From the NCBI GenBank assembly GCA_965249075.1, contig CBDFLF010000001.1, forward strand, positions 693,017 through 757,016: DNA of 64,000 nucleotides. The letters run 5' to 3'. A program made the position numbers and the translations under genes. This document shows, piece by piece, positions 39,201 to 49,633 of this stretch. This stretch comes from an uncultured Methylophilus sp. Its GTDB lineage: Bacteria > Pseudomonadota > Gammaproteobacteria > Burkholderiales > Methylophilaceae. Under the pieces are notes generated by a model, which saw only the letters and a list, made by a program, of their open reading frames with translations, was not told where the DNA came from and searched no databases. Position 1 is the stretch's first letter. Every line of letters begins with the position of its first letter.

Positions 39201-39383
39201 CACGGTTTTTGACAACGTATCGGCACTCGCACCTGGGTAGATTGCCGTAATGGTCACGGTGGGCGGCGCGATTTGTGGGTATTGTGCAATCGGCAACTTA
39301 AATGCAGCCGCCAAGCCTGCCAACACAATAATGATAGAGAGCACGCTGGCAAAAATCGGGCGTGTAATAAAAAATTTAGTCAT
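36231..39383 (-). CDS. RND efflux permease (AcrB/MexB family)
   Basis: FFITRPIFA, IAQYPQIAPP, AIGIVVDDAIVV, IGLAAKNAILIVEFA, RFRPIVMTS. Confidence 0.97.
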   Translation of the reverse strand: MTKFFITRPIFASVLSIIIVLAGLAAAFKLPIAQYPQIAPPTVTITAIYPGASADTLSKTVAAPIEEQLSGVDNLLYFNSSADSSGTLVITATFDVGTDVDQATFNVSNRVSIASPRLPEEVRRNGVMVQKRSNDILLVVMLTSKNKAHDRLYLSNYATLNMLDEFKRVKGVGDSTIFGGQDYAMRVWLRPDRMAQLGVSTSDIAAAINAQNNQYAAGKIGQEPAPASQQLVYTVTAKGRLVDPAQFGNIIVRADGPNGVLYLKDVARLELGAQNYNVTSALDGQTGVAIPIFLQNGANALETATAIKAKVEQLKARFPEGMTYTIPYDTSDFVKATIKEVFQTFAEALILVVLVVYLFLQSWRATLIPMIAVPISIIGTFAGLYLFGFSINLLTLFAMILAIGIVVDDAIVVLENTERLMREEGLNPFQAALKSIQQVQAAVVAIVLVLCAVFVPVAFQGGIAGELYRQFAVTVAIAVVISGVVALTLTPALCAMILKSSHNENGFFKKFNRGFGRFTHFYTGTVNLTLHHKIIGSVVFVGIAIAMLILFKLVPSSFVPAEDQGYVVTVVVMPDGASLTRTTKTTENIRAAISQDPAVAHEFAVNGFELLTGANKTNAATMFVRLKDWKERSTSASDIVAKLFGIGMSQPDGLGFAVNPPAIRGLGSAGGFEVYVQSQRDTDPIKLAAVMNNFMDAMRANPQLTGINSFFRPTVPQLKIEVDEAKAISQHVRIADIYTTLQSTMGSFYVNDFNRNGRTYRVQLQAEAAYRMQPSDLGKVYVRSQPSAENPNGNMIPLSALSTVTSMMGAEQLERYNGLLSAKVFGSGAADVSSGDAMALVEATAKASLPDGYQIAWTGQAYQEQRTGNAAMFAFGFAIIMVFLILAAQFETWALPLAVIMAVPFALTGALLAVLARGMTNDIYFQIGLITLIGLAAKNAILIVEFASQKMEEGMPVVEAALEAARLRFRPIVMTSMAFVLGIVPLVVATGAGAAARQSMGTGVFGGMILATFVATIFIPLFFTWLTDQNHVRHHGHTHDMDENKEVVRK

Positions 39384-39431
39384 CTACTTTCCTTTAAAAA
39401 CGGCAACGCTTGCTATATAAGGCTTGCTATA

Positions 39432-40697
39432 TTAAGCCTGCGTTTTGCCTGTTTTCTTCATGGGCATATTGGATGATTTTGATGGCACACCCGCTGGTTC
39501 ACCCCATAAATGTGGCGCAATCTCAGCGCCGGGGCGGACTTTGATCAAGTTATCCACCAACACTTGGTCGCCCGCTTGGATGCCAGACAGCACCACCCAT
39601 TGCCCTTGATACCAACCCGCCTCAGTAATCGGTCGCACCCCTGCGGTAGATTTACCTGCTTTATCTTTTTCTACCACATACACAAACTTGCCCTGCTCAC
39701 CGGTCAACACTGCGGTTTGTGGCAACAAAAACACGCCATCACGCATGCCTGTGCTAATGCTCACACGCACAAACTGGCCAGGTAACAATGATTTATCGCC
39801 ATTAGAAAACTCTGCCCGCATTTGCTGTGTGCCCAAGTTTGGGTCTATCACGCTGGCGCTGTAATTGAGCTTGCCAGATTCATGGTAAATACTGCCATCA
39901 GGCAAATGCAGTGAAATATGCTTCACCTGTTGTGGGCTTAATTTGCCGCCTAAGCCCGCCAGCTCAGATTCAGACAAACTAAAACGTACCCAAATCGGTG
40001 AAATTTGTGACACCGTTGTTAACAAGCTGGTGTTAGCCGCCACCAACGCACCTTCAGACAACACAAAGCGACCTGCCACGCCACTAGTTGGTGAATTCAC
40101 CGTGGTATAAGATACATTTAATTCCGCTTCGCGTAATTGCGCTTGCGCTTGCATCAAATTGGCTTGCGTAATCGCCTGCTCCGAAGCCGCATTGTCATAC
40201 TCACGTTGGCTAATCGACTGTGTATCCAACAAGCCTTTCAAGCGTGTCGCCTCACGTTGCGCTTGTTCTATACGCGCATGTTGCTGTGCCACTTGCGCCC
40301 GTGCTTGATCAGCTGCCAGTTTGAAAGGCGCAGGGTCAATCAAAAACATGGCTTGACCTGCTTTAATCGGCGCGCCTTCAGTGAACAGTTTCTTGAGCAA
40401 AATACCGCCAACGCGCGGACGAATTTCCACCTCTTTCGCCCCCTCGGTTTGCGCCACCACTTCGGTCTCCACAGGCACTGAGCGCGCTTCCACATTCAAC
40501 ACACTCACAGACAACGGCGGCATTGCGCCCGCACCCTGTTGAGGCGCTTGCGATGACCCACAACCCACCAAACCCAATACCAGTGTCACCATGAGCAATG
40601 CCGTTGGCGTCGATTGGAATAGCTTCGTTTGATTAGGCAATCTCATTGAACGGCATGGTTTTGAAAGGTAGGGTTTCGAAAGATAGGCGATAGACAT
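39432..40697 (-). CDS. RND periplasmic adaptor (AcrA/MexA family)
   Basis: Lipobox LVGC, EIRPRVGG, LFTEGAPIKAGQAMF, LLPGQFVRV. True start probably downstream of 40697. Confidence 0.92.
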   Translation of the reverse strand: MSIAYLSKPYLSKPCRSMRLPNQTKLFQSTPTALLMVTLVLGLVGCGSSQAPQQGAGAMPPLSVSVLNVEARSVPVETEVVAQTEGAKEVEIRPRVGGILLKKLFTEGAPIKAGQAMFLIDPAPFKLAADQARAQVAQQHARIEQAQREATRLKGLLDTQSISQREYDNAASEQAITQANLMQAQAQLREAELNVSYTTVNSPTSGVAGRFVLSEGALVAANTSLLTTVSQISPIWVRFSLSESELAGLGGKLSPQQVKHISLHLPDGSIYHESGKLNYSASVIDPNLGTQQMRAEFSNGDKSLLPGQFVRVSISTGMRDGVFLLPQTAVLTGEQGKFVYVVEKDKAGKSTAGVRPITEAGWYQGQWVVLSGIQAGDQVLVDNLIKVRPGAEIAPHLWGEPAGVPSKSSNMPMKKTGKTQA

Positions 40698-40729
40698 AAA
40701 AACCTCAAAATGAATAGCAAGCGCTTGCT

Positions 40730-40776
40730 TACATACAAGAATGGATGTATATTACATACAAACAAGCTTGTATGTA
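40730..40776. promoter_or_regulatory. Tandem AcrR-type operators
   Basis: TACATACA-N8-TGTATGTA perfect at 40753-40776 and with 2 mismatches at 40730-40753. Same arms as the E. coli acrAB operator TACATACA-N8-TGTATGTA. Confidence 0.8.
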
Positions 40777-40810
40777 AATAGCTATCCGCAAATATTCAAA
40801 AAAAATTAAT

Positions 40811-41431
40811 ATGGTACGTAAAACAAAAGAAGATGCAGAACTCACTCGCCAGAAGATTATTCACGCGGCGCGTGAAATGTTTTTGCTCAAAGGCGTGAGC
40901 CGCACCAGCTTAGAACAAATCGCTACGCATGCTGGCGTGACACGTGGCGCGGTCTATTGGCATTTTAAAAACAAAACCGAACTATTTTATGCCATGCGAG
41001 AGCAAGTATTCTTGCCACTGATTGACCGCATGGATGACGCCTTAGTGTCAGAACATGCTGATTTAGACCCACTCTCGCGTATCCAACAGTTTTTAGAAAC
41101 GACCATCCACATTCTCAACGACGACACGCAAACCCGCCAAACCTATGAAGTCATGATGTCAAAATGCGAATATGTGGATGAGTTTAGCGAAGTGTTGCAA
41201 GATATTCTCAACAACTGCAACAGCCTCATCGGCAAACTCGAACACGCCTACCAACAAGCACAGAGAGGTCAGCAAGTGTCAGACAAACTCTCTGCGCGCG
41301 ACTTAGCTAACGACACCCATCTATTTTTCAGCGGTTTACTTCACATGTGGGTCAAAGACGCAGATGGCACCCGCTTTAGAAACCAAGCTATCCCCTTGAT
41401 ACAAAAACACATTCAGTTACGTCGTCGTTAA
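40811..41431 (+). CDS. TetR/AcrR-family transcriptional repressor
   Basis: MVRKTKEDAELTRQKII, GVTRGAVYWHFKNK; divergent from the RND operon. Confidence 0.95.
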   Translation: MVRKTKEDAELTRQKIIHAAREMFLLKGVSRTSLEQIATHAGVTRGAVYWHFKNKTELFYAMREQVFLPLIDRMDDALVSEHADLDPLSRIQQFLETTIHILNDDTQTRQTYEVMMSKCEYVDEFSEVLQDILNNCNSLIGKLEHAYQQAQRGQQVSDKLSARDLANDTHLFFSGLLHMWVKDADGTRFRNQAIPLIQKHIQLRRR

Positions 41432-41565
41432 ATTTTCGTTCTCATACAGCGTCATCAAACAGGCTTAAAATCCTAAATTTCAGTTCCCACCAAGCCCGTT
41501 TGCGTATAAAATAAGCAACTTTCCGTCGTCAAAGCTTTGCTTAAAAGCTGCATCATTTAAAACCC

Positions 41566-42594
41566 ATGCAAATTGGCAATCACATCTTAAAAAACAACCT
41601 AGTCGTCGCACCCATGGCGGGCGTGACAGACCGTCCTTTCCGCATGCTGTGCAAGCAATTGGGCGCAGGCTTGGCGGTGTCCGAGATGGTGACTTCCAAC
41701 TCTTTGTTATATGGCAGTGAAAAAACCAAACGCCGCGCCAACCACGAGGGCGAAGTCAGCCCGATTAGCGTACAAATTGCAGGCGCAGACCCCAAAATGA
41801 TGGCAGAGGCCGCCAAGTACAATGTGGATCACGGTGCACAAATCATCGACATCAACATGGGTTGCCCAGCCAAAAAAATCTGTAATGTGATGGCGGGCTC
41901 AGCACTCCTCAAAGACGAGCCCTTGGTGGCGCAAATTTTAAAAGCTGTCGTCGGCGCTGTGGATGTGCCTGTGACGCTAAAAATCCGTACAGGTTGGGAC
42001 AAACAAAATCGCAACGCCATTCAAGTGGCCAAAATGGCAGAAGACATTGGTGTGCAAGCGCTTGCCATGCACGGTCGCACCCGCGCTTGTTTATACAACG
42101 GCAATGCCGAATACGACACCATCGCCGCCGTCAAACAGTCGATTAACATCCCCCTGATTGCCAACGGCGACATCACCACCCCAGAAAAAGCAAAATACGT
42201 CTTGGATTACACCAAAGCGGATGCCGTGATGATAGGCCGTGCCGCGCAAGGCAGACCTTGGATTTTTAGAGAAATAGAACATTACTTAAAAACGGGCGAA
42301 CACATGCTTGCCCCAACGGTGGATGAAATTCACAGCGTGATGTTAGGCCATCTGCATGATTTGTATGCTTTTTACGGCGACCTCACGGGCATGCGTGTGG
42401 CACGCAAGCATATTTCTTGGTACACCAAAGGCTTGGCAGGTTCTGCCGCTTTCCGACACAACATGAATACCTTGCAAACCATTGAATTGCAACTTGATGC
42501 GATTAATGGGTTTTTTGCTGAACTGAAAGAGAAAAATGAGCGCTTGGTATATATAGAACCTACCGATGACGCAAGCGAGGAGCTCGCTGCTTAA
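41566..42594 (+). CDS. dusB: tRNA-dihydrouridine synthase B
   Basis: APMAGVTD, DINMGCP, GSALL, HGRTR, IANGDI, VMIGRA; upstream of fis. Confidence 0.96.
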   Translation: MQIGNHILKNNLVVAPMAGVTDRPFRMLCKQLGAGLAVSEMVTSNSLLYGSEKTKRRANHEGEVSPISVQIAGADPKMMAEAAKYNVDHGAQIIDINMGCPAKKICNVMAGSALLKDEPLVAQILKAVVGAVDVPVTLKIRTGWDKQNRNAIQVAKMAEDIGVQALAMHGRTRACLYNGNAEYDTIAAVKQSINIPLIANGDITTPEKAKYVLDYTKADAVMIGRAAQGRPWIFREIEHYLKTGEHMLAPTVDEIHSVMLGHLHDLYAFYGDLTGMRVARKHISWYTKGLAGSAAFRHNMNTLQTIELQLDAINGFFAELKEKNERLVYIEPTDDASEELAA

Positions 42595-42830
42595 TGTCCA
42601 CCTCCAGCAAACTCACAGTTGCCGTCAAAGAATCACTCGAAGACTACTTCACACATTTGGATGGCCAACCTCCGCATGCGGTGTATGACATGGTGTTAAG
42701 TTGCGTGGAAAAACCGATGTTGGAATATATCCTCAACCAGGTCGGTGGCAATCAAAGCAAAGCGGCCGAAGTGTTGGGCATTAACCGCAACACCTTACGC
42801 AAAAAAATGGCGCAATACGGCTTGGAGTAA
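42594..42830 (+). CDS. fis: Fis-family nucleoid protein
   Basis: VEKPML, GNQSKAAEVLGINRNTLRKK; canonical dusB-fis-purH order. Confidence 0.92.
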   Translation: MSTSSKLTVAVKESLEDYFTHLDGQPPHAVYDMVLSCVEKPMLEYILNQVGGNQSKAAEVLGINRNTLRKKMAQYGLE

Positions 42831-42906
42831 TCTCCAATTCCCTGCCCTCAATGAATACATTTCTTTCAATATCCACTTCCCTATTATTTCATTTGTTATT
42901 TAAATC

Positions 42907-44508
42907 ATGATTAAAAGAGCACTCATCAGCGTTTCTGACAAAACTGGCGTCCTAGAACTCGCCGCCGCTTTGCAACAACTTGGCGTAGAAATTCTCTCCA
43001 CAGGTGGCACCGCCAAATTGTTCCGTGACCACAATATTCCTGTCAAAGAAGTGAGTGACTTCACTGGCTTTCCAGAAATGCTCGATGGCCGCGTGAAAAC
43101 CCTTCATCCAAAAGTGCATGGTGGTTTGTTAGGTCGTCGTGAATTACCTGAGCATGTGGCGGCGATGCAAGAATATGGCATTGAAAATATTGATTTATTG
43201 GCGGTGAATTTGTATCCGTTTGAAGCCACCGTGGCTAAACCAAACTGCACCTTAGAAGACGCGATTGAAAATATCGACATTGGTGGCCCCGCCATGGTGC
43301 GCTCCGCCGCGAAAAACTGGAACGATGTAGCGGTGCTGACCGATGCCAGCCAATACGCGGACGTGGTCGCTGAGATGAAAGCGAATAATGGCGCTGTTTC
43401 AAAAGCCACCCGTTTTAAATTATCGGTGGCTGCTTTCAATAGAATTGCCCAATATGATGGCGCGATTAGTAACTATTTATCTGCGATTGATTTTGAGGCG
43501 ACTGAAGAAGCCAACAAACCCGTGTTGAGCCAGTTCCCAGCGCAAATGAACAGCAACTTTGTCAAAATGCAAGATTTGCGTTATGGCGAAAACAGCCATC
43601 AACAAGCCGCGTTTTACCGTGACCTATACCCCGCGCCTGGCAGTTTGGCAAACGCACAACAATTGCAAGGCAAAGAACTCAGTTACAACAATATTGCCGA
43701 TGCCGATGCCGCTTGGGAAGCGGTTAAATCATTCACAGGCAATGCTTGTGTGATTGTGAAACACGCCAACCCATGTGGTGTGGCTTTAGGTGCCAATGCG
43801 CTAGAAGCCTACAGCAAAGCCTTTAAAACTGACCCAACAAGTGCATTCGGTGGCATCATTGCCTTTAACTGCACCTTAGATGGCGCAGCCGCAGAAGTCG
43901 TCTCAAAACAATTTGTAGAAGTGTTGATTGCGCCTGACTTTACCTCTGAAGCGTTGGCTGTATTTGCCGCCAAAACCAATGTACGCGTACTGAAAATCGC
44001 ATTACCTCAAGGTGGCGACACGCCTTGGGCACAAGGCCGTAATGCCATGGATAGCAAGCGCATCGGCTCAGGCATCTTGATTCAAAGTGCAGACAACCAT
44101 GATTTGCAAATGAGCGACATTAAAGTCGTCACCAAAAAACAACCAAGCCCAAGCCAAATGGCCGATTTGCTATTTGCTTGGAATGTGGCGAAATACGTCA
44201 AATCAAACGCGATTGTATTCTGTGGCGACAGCATGACTTTGGGCGTGGGCGCGGGCCAAATGAGCCGCGTGGATAGCACCAAAATTGCCGCGATTAAAGC
44301 GCAAAATGCAGGCTTAAGCTTGCAAGGTTCGGTGGTCGCTTCTGATGCCTTCTTCCCGTTCCGTGATGGTGTGGATGTGTTGGCAGATGCAGGCGCGAGT
44401 TGCGTGATTCACCCAGGCGGTAGCATGCGCGATGAAGAAGTGATTGCCGCCGCAGATGAACGTGGTTTAGCAATGGTAGTCACAGGCATTCGCCATTTCC
44501 GTCACTAA
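42907..44508 (+). CDS. purH: Bifunctional AICAR transformylase/IMP cyclohydrolase
   Basis: [46 protein letters not shown]. Confidence 0.99.
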   Translation: MIKRALISVSDKTGVLELAAALQQLGVEILSTGGTAKLFRDHNIPVKEVSDFTGFPEMLDGRVKTLHPKVHGGLLGRRELPEHVAAMQEYGIENIDLLAVNLYPFEATVAKPNCTLEDAIENIDIGGPAMVRSAAKNWNDVAVLTDASQYADVVAEMKANNGAVSKATRFKLSVAAFNRIAQYDGAISNYLSAIDFEATEEANKPVLSQFPAQMNSNFVKMQDLRYGENSHQQAAFYRDLYPAPGSLANAQQLQGKELSYNNIADADAAWEAVKSFTGNACVIVKHANPCGVALGANALEAYSKAFKTDPTSAFGGIIAFNCTLDGAAAEVVSKQFVEVLIAPDFTSEALAVFAAKTNVRVLKIALPQGGDTPWAQGRNAMDSKRIGSGILIQSADNHDLQMSDIKVVTKKQPSPSQMADLLFAWNVAKYVKSNAIVFCGDSMTLGVGAGQMSRVDSTKIAAIKAQNAGLSLQGSVVASDAFFPFRDGVDVLADAGASCVIHPGGSMRDEEVIAAADERGLAMVVTGIRHFRH

Positions 44509-44544
44509 CCCGCAACACACAAGAGTCTCATCAGGGAGAACCAT

Positions 44545-45813
44545 ATGAAAGTTTTAGTGATAGGTAGTGGTGGACGCGAGCATGCCTTGGCATGGAAGGC
44601 GACGCAAAACCCAAAAGCAAGTTTGGTGTATGTCGCCCCTGGCAATGCGGGCACGGCGACGAATCCAGACATGGTGAATGTGCCAATTACCGATGTGGAT
44701 GCCTTGGTAAAATTTGCCCAAGACGAGCAAATTGCACTGACGATTGTTGGCCCAGAAGCACCACTCAGCAAAGGCGTGGTCGATGCTTTCCGCGCAGAAG
44801 GTCTTAAAATTTTTGGCCCCACCAAAGCAGCGGCGCAACTCGAGTCTTCTAAAGATTTTGCCAAAGCGTTTATGTTCCGCCACGGCATCCCCACTGCCAA
44901 ATATGAGACCTTTAGCGACGCACAAAAAGCGCATGCATATGTAAAAGCCAATAGCGCACCCATCGTGATTAAAGCCGACGGTTTAGCGGCTGGTAAAGGC
45001 GTGGTGGTTGCCATGACGCTAGACGAAGCACATGCTGCGATTGATGCCATGCTCTCTGACAATAAATTGGGAGACGCTGGCGCACGCGTAGTCATTGAAG
45101 AGTTCTTAGAAGGTGAAGAAGCCAGCTTTATGGTGATGGTGGATGGCAAAAACATTCTTGCACTTGCCACCAGCCAAGACCATAAACGCTTGTTAGACGC
45201 AGACAAAGGCCCGAACACGGGCGGCATGGGCGCATATTCACCAGCGCCAGTCGTCACGCCAGAAATCCACGCCAAAGTGATGCGCGAAATTATCAAACCC
45301 ACCGTGGAAGGCATGGCCAAAGATGGCATCCCTTACACAGGCTTTTTATATGCAGGCTTGATGATTAGCCCAGATGGCGATGTAAAAACTTTAGAATTTA
45401 ACTGCCGCATGGGCGACCCAGAAACACAGCCAATCATGATGCGCCTCAAATCAGATTTGGTTAATCTAGCCATGCACGCTGTCGATGGCACCCTAGACCA
45501 AGTGGAAGCAGAATGGGATAGACGTTTTGCGCTCGGCGTTGTGATGGCGAGCGCCAACTACCCAGAAACGCCAAAACTTGGCGATGAAATCACTGGCCTG
45601 CCCGCCGCCACAGAAGACACCCATGTGTTTCATGCAGGCACCACCCTCAAAGACGGCAAAGTCGTCACCAGCGGTGGCCGCGTATTGTGCGTCACTGCCC
45701 TAGGCGAAACGGTTAAATTCGCCCAACAACAAGTGTATCGCGCCATCGAGGATATTCAGTTTAAAGGCGCGCAATACCGCAAAGACATTGGTTACCGCGC
45801 CGTTAAAGGCTAG
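44545..45813 (+). CDS. purD: Phosphoribosylamine-glycine ligase
   Basis: GSGGREHAL, KADGLAAGKGV, QDHKR, GPNTGGMG, EFNCRMGDPE. Confidence 0.99.
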   Translation: MKVLVIGSGGREHALAWKATQNPKASLVYVAPGNAGTATNPDMVNVPITDVDALVKFAQDEQIALTIVGPEAPLSKGVVDAFRAEGLKIFGPTKAAAQLESSKDFAKAFMFRHGIPTAKYETFSDAQKAHAYVKANSAPIVIKADGLAAGKGVVVAMTLDEAHAAIDAMLSDNKLGDAGARVVIEEFLEGEEASFMVMVDGKNILALATSQDHKRLLDADKGPNTGGMGAYSPAPVVTPEIHAKVMREIIKPTVEGMAKDGIPYTGFLYAGLMISPDGDVKTLEFNCRMGDPETQPIMMRLKSDLVNLAMHAVDGTLDQVEAEWDRRFALGVVMASANYPETPKLGDEITGLPAATEDTHVFHAGTTLKDGKVVTSGGRVLCVTALGETVKFAQQQVYRAIEDIQFKGAQYRKDIGYRAVKG

Positions 45814-45819
45814 TTTTAA

Positions 45820-46734
45820 ATGGCTGAAACACTGAATACCCAAGCGGTTTACGACTACCTACAAGGGCTACAAGCGCGCATTATTGAAGCCATCGAATTA
45901 GTAGACGGCAAAACCTTTTTGCATGATGGCTGGCAACGCCCAGAAGGCGGTGGTGGCAACTCTTGCATGTTAGAAAACGGCAATGTGTTTGAGCGTGCTG
46001 GCATCGGTTTTTCACATGTATTGGGCAATAAACTCCCCCCTGCCGCCAGCGTGGCGCATCCTGAAGCGGCTGGTCGCCCTTGGGAAGCCATGGGCGTGTC
46101 TTTGGTGTTTCATCCTCGCAATCCATACATCCCCACCGTGCATATGAATGTGCGTTTTTTTGTGGCGAAAGCGCAACAGGCTGACGAGCAAGATATTTGG
46201 TGGTTTGGTGGTGGTATGGACTTAACGCCTTACTACGGTTTTGAAGAAGACTGCGTGCACTTTCACCGCGTGAATAAAGAAGCGCTGGCTCCCTTTGGCA
46301 ACGATTACTATGCCAAGTTTAAAAAAGACTGCGACGAGTATTTTTATCTAAAACACCGCAAAGAACCACGCGGTATTGGTGGCGTATTTTTTGACGACTT
46401 TCACCAACTCGGCTTTGAGCAAAGCTTTGCCCTGCAACGCGCCGTCGGTGATGCGTTTATCAATGCTTACTTGCCGATTGTGCAACGTCGCAAAGACACA
46501 AGCTACGGGGAACGTGAGCGCGATTTCCAGGCTTATCGCCGTGGTCGCTATGTTGAGTTTAATTTGATTTTCGACCGTGGCACCATTTTTGGCTTACAAT
46601 CCAACGGACGCACCGAGTCTATTCTGCTTTCTATGCCACCGATTGTGAAATGGCGCTACGATTGGAAGCCAGAAAATGGCAGTGCGGAATCTAAACTCTA
46701 TACTGACTTTTTGATTGATAAAAACTGGGTATAA
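45820..46734 (+). CDS. hemF: Oxygen-dependent coproporphyrinogen III oxidase
   Basis: [44 protein letters not shown]. Confidence 0.98.
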   Translation: MAETLNTQAVYDYLQGLQARIIEAIELVDGKTFLHDGWQRPEGGGGNSCMLENGNVFERAGIGFSHVLGNKLPPAASVAHPEAAGRPWEAMGVSLVFHPRNPYIPTVHMNVRFFVAKAQQADEQDIWWFGGGMDLTPYYGFEEDCVHFHRVNKEALAPFGNDYYAKFKKDCDEYFYLKHRKEPRGIGGVFFDDFHQLGFEQSFALQRAVGDAFINAYLPIVQRRKDTSYGERERDFQAYRRGRYVEFNLIFDRGTIFGLQSNGRTESILLSMPPIVKWRYDWKPENGSAESKLYTDFLIDKNWV

Positions 46735-46736
46735 CC

Positions 46737-48041
46737 ATGATGACATCCGTAAACGCTCAAACACCCGCGCAACAACTCTTGACGTTTATTGATGCCAGCC
46801 CCAGCCCTTGGCACGCGGTGGAAACCACCAAAGCCATGCTCGACACCAACGGCTTCAAACCGTTGATTGAAAACCAGCCTTGGCAATTTAGAAAAAACGG
46901 CAAATATTATGTGGTGCGCGATGGCGCATCGATAATTGCGTTTATTGTCGGCGAAAAACCGATTGCCGACACAGGCTTTAAAATTGTCGGTGCGCATACC
47001 GATTCTCCAGGACTCCGCCTCAAACCCAAAGCCGCAGTGGCTAACCAAGGCATTGCGCAGTTGGGCGTAGAAGTCTATGGTGGCCCCATTTTAGCCACCT
47101 TTACTGACCGCGACTTAAGCCTAGCTGGACGCGTCATGGTAAAAACAAGCAATGGCGTTACTAGCCATTTTGTGTGGCTGACCGAACCCATGGTGCGTTT
47201 ACCCAACCTCGCCATCCACATGAACCGCGAAGTGAATGACAAAGGTTTGTTGCTGAATAAACAAACAGGCTTGCCTTTGATTTTTGGGTTTGCTGCCGAC
47301 ACCGCACAAGCGCACGATTTACTTACACAAGCTTTAGCTAAAGCCATGGATGTACAGGCGGCAGACATCCTCACTTGGGATTTAAACGTCTACGACACCC
47401 AAGCAGGTGTGTTATGGGGGCTAAATCAAGAGTTTATTGCCGACAGCCAATTAGATAATTTGGCCTCATGCCATGCCGCGATTGAAGCGCTGATTGCCAC
47501 TCAAAAACCTGACTCCACCTGTATTTGTGCTTTGTTTGATCACGAAGAAGTCGGCTCAGAAAGCGCCACGGGCGCGAGTGGTAGTTTTATGATGGATGTT
47601 ATCGCACGCATCTGCGCCTCGACTAACACCAGCGCCGAAGACCGCTTGCGTGGCATCGCCAATAGTTTTTTTATCAGCGCAGACATGGCGCATGCCTTTC
47701 ACCCCAATCACGCAGGCAGTTACGAGCCTTGTCATCATGTCATGGTCAATCAAGGCCCCGTGATTAAAACCAATGCCAATCAACGTTACAGCACCAATGC
47801 CGACACCGCCGCGCGCTTTATTCAGTTGTGCGCGCAAGCCAATGTGCCTTACCAGCAATATGCACATCGCACCGATTTAGGCTGTGGAAGTACGATTGGG
47901 CCGATTTTAGCAGCGCAACTGGGCATGGCCAGCGTCGATGTCGGTAACCCCATGTGGGCGATGCACAGCATCCGTGAAAGTGCGGGCGCGCTCGATCATG
48001 CGTATATGATTAAAGTGCTCAATCAACATTACGCCAACTAA
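46737..48041 (+). CDS. M18-family aspartyl aminopeptidase
   Basis: GAHTDSP, LDNL, FDHEEVGS, SADMAHA, GSTIGP, MHSIRE. Confidence 0.94.
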   Translation: MMTSVNAQTPAQQLLTFIDASPSPWHAVETTKAMLDTNGFKPLIENQPWQFRKNGKYYVVRDGASIIAFIVGEKPIADTGFKIVGAHTDSPGLRLKPKAAVANQGIAQLGVEVYGGPILATFTDRDLSLAGRVMVKTSNGVTSHFVWLTEPMVRLPNLAIHMNREVNDKGLLLNKQTGLPLIFGFAADTAQAHDLLTQALAKAMDVQAADILTWDLNVYDTQAGVLWGLNQEFIADSQLDNLASCHAAIEALIATQKPDSTCICALFDHEEVGSESATGASGSFMMDVIARICASTNTSAEDRLRGIANSFFISADMAHAFHPNHAGSYEPCHHVMVNQGPVIKTNANQRYSTNADTAARFIQLCAQANVPYQQYAHRTDLGCGSTIGPILAAQLGMASVDVGNPMWAMHSIRESAGALDHAYMIKVLNQHYAN

Positions 48042-48115
48042 CGCGCCATTTTACTGATTGACGTACGCCCCATAATTGCTTTACCCTTAAGTCAATAAAA
48101 AAGGGGAGAGTTTTC

Positions 48116-49522
48116 ATGTTAAAGCAATTATTCCGCACCAAAGCCATCGCGCCTCACGCGCAGACAGGCCTCAAACAATGTTTAACCGCCTTTGATTTGG
48201 CTTTACTAGGCATAGGCTGTGCCATCGGCACAGGCATTTTCGTCCTCACAGGCATCGCCGCTGCCACCCAATCTGGCCCAGCCGTCGTACTCTCGTTTAT
48301 TTTTGCAGGCATTGCGTCTGCATTTGCCGCTTTATCTTACGCAGAACTGGCTTCTTCTGTCGGCGGCTCGGGTAGCGCTTATGGCTACAGCTATGTGGCT
48401 TTTGGTGAATTTATCGCTTGGCTCATGGGCTGGATGCTTTTGCTCGAATACGGCGTTGGCGCAGCCGCGGTGGCCAACGGTTGGGCGGGTTACTTTATCA
48501 ACACACTGGCTAACTTTGGCGTTTACCTACCAGAGCAACTCACCAAAGCGCCTATGATGGGTGGCACCATTAACTTGCCCGCCTTTGCCATTATTTGGGT
48601 ACTCACAGTTTTACTCATGGTTGGCGTGAAAGAAAGCGCCCGCGTCAACAACATCATCGTCGCCATTAAAATTTCCACCATCATCATTTTCTTGGCATTA
48701 GCCGTCGGTCATATTTCTACTGACAACTGGCATCCATTTATGCCTTTTGGCTGGTTTGAGACTTTAGACAATGGTAAAAACATAGGCGTACTTGCAGGCG
48801 CATCATTGGTGTTCTTTGCTTATTTTGGCTTTGATGCGGTTTCAACCGCAGCAGAAGAATGCAAAAACCCACAACGCGATTTGCCCATCGGCCTCATCGC
48901 CTCACTCAGCTTTTGTACCATTATCTACATTATCGTGTCAGCCACACTGACAGGCGTGGTGCCTTATGCGGAACTCAACACCGCCTCGCCAGTGGCTTAC
49001 GCACTCACTAAACTCGGTCACACTTGGTCGTCCACTTTAGTGGCAACAGGGGTGCTGGCAGGCTTAATCACCGTGTTATTGGTATTGCTATATGGCCTCA
49101 CCCGCATTTTATTTGCCATGAGCCGAGATGGTTTGATTTCGCCCGTGTTTTCAGCTGTGAATCCAGACCGTCAGACGCCAAGCAAAATCATTCTCATGTG
49201 TGGGGTGGTGGTGTCGATTGTGGCTGGCTTTATTCCACTGGGTGAGTTGGCGGAGACTGTGAACATTGGCACGCTCGCCAGCTTTGTGATGGTGTGTGTT
49301 GGCGTGATTCGATTACGTCAAACCCATCCTGACTTAGCACGCCCGTTTAAAAACCCTTGGAACCCTCTGATTCCAGTGCTTGGGATTCTGTCTTGTGGCG
49401 CCTTGATGACTTTCTTGCCTGCGTCAACATGGCATCGCTTTGGCCTATGGTTGATTGCTGGCGTAGTTTTTTACTTTGTGTATTCAATGCATCACAGCAA
49501 GCTAAACAAGGCATCTAAATAG
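48116..49522 (+). CDS. APC-family amino acid permease
   Basis: GIGCAIGTGIF, YAELAS, GSAYGY, FFAYFGFDAV, RILFAMSRDG. Confidence 0.94.
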   Translation: MLKQLFRTKAIAPHAQTGLKQCLTAFDLALLGIGCAIGTGIFVLTGIAAATQSGPAVVLSFIFAGIASAFAALSYAELASSVGGSGSAYGYSYVAFGEFIAWLMGWMLLLEYGVGAAAVANGWAGYFINTLANFGVYLPEQLTKAPMMGGTINLPAFAIIWVLTVLLMVGVKESARVNNIIVAIKISTIIIFLALAVGHISTDNWHPFMPFGWFETLDNGKNIGVLAGASLVFFAYFGFDAVSTAAEECKNPQRDLPIGLIASLSFCTIIYIIVSATLTGVVPYAELNTASPVAYALTKLGHTWSSTLVATGVLAGLITVLLVLLYGLTRILFAMSRDGLISPVFSAVNPDRQTPSKIILMCGVVVSIVAGFIPLGELAETVNIGTLASFVMVCVGVIRLRQTHPDLARPFKNPWNPLIPVLGILSCGALMTFLPASTWHRFGLWLIAGVVFYFVYSMHHSKLNKASK

Positions 49523-49633
49523 TACTAACGGATTTAGAAAATAAAAAAACCAGCTTTTCACAATCGACTTAGTGCGAAAGCACTTAGCGAGATTGGGGAA
49601 GACCCATGCGGTCTTGCTGGCATCCTTTAAAGT

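Noticed and set aside
42831-42906. ZMP/ZTP riboswitch upstream of purH
   Set aside because: The 76-nt AT-rich spacer lacks the conserved riboswitch motifs and pairing.
44505-45329. Long antisense ORFs (274 aa opposite purD; also 7820-8416, 11352-11909, 21035-21517 and many shorter ones)
   Set aside because: They lie opposite well-conserved genes, show no recognisable motifs, and are the expected shadow of codon bias.
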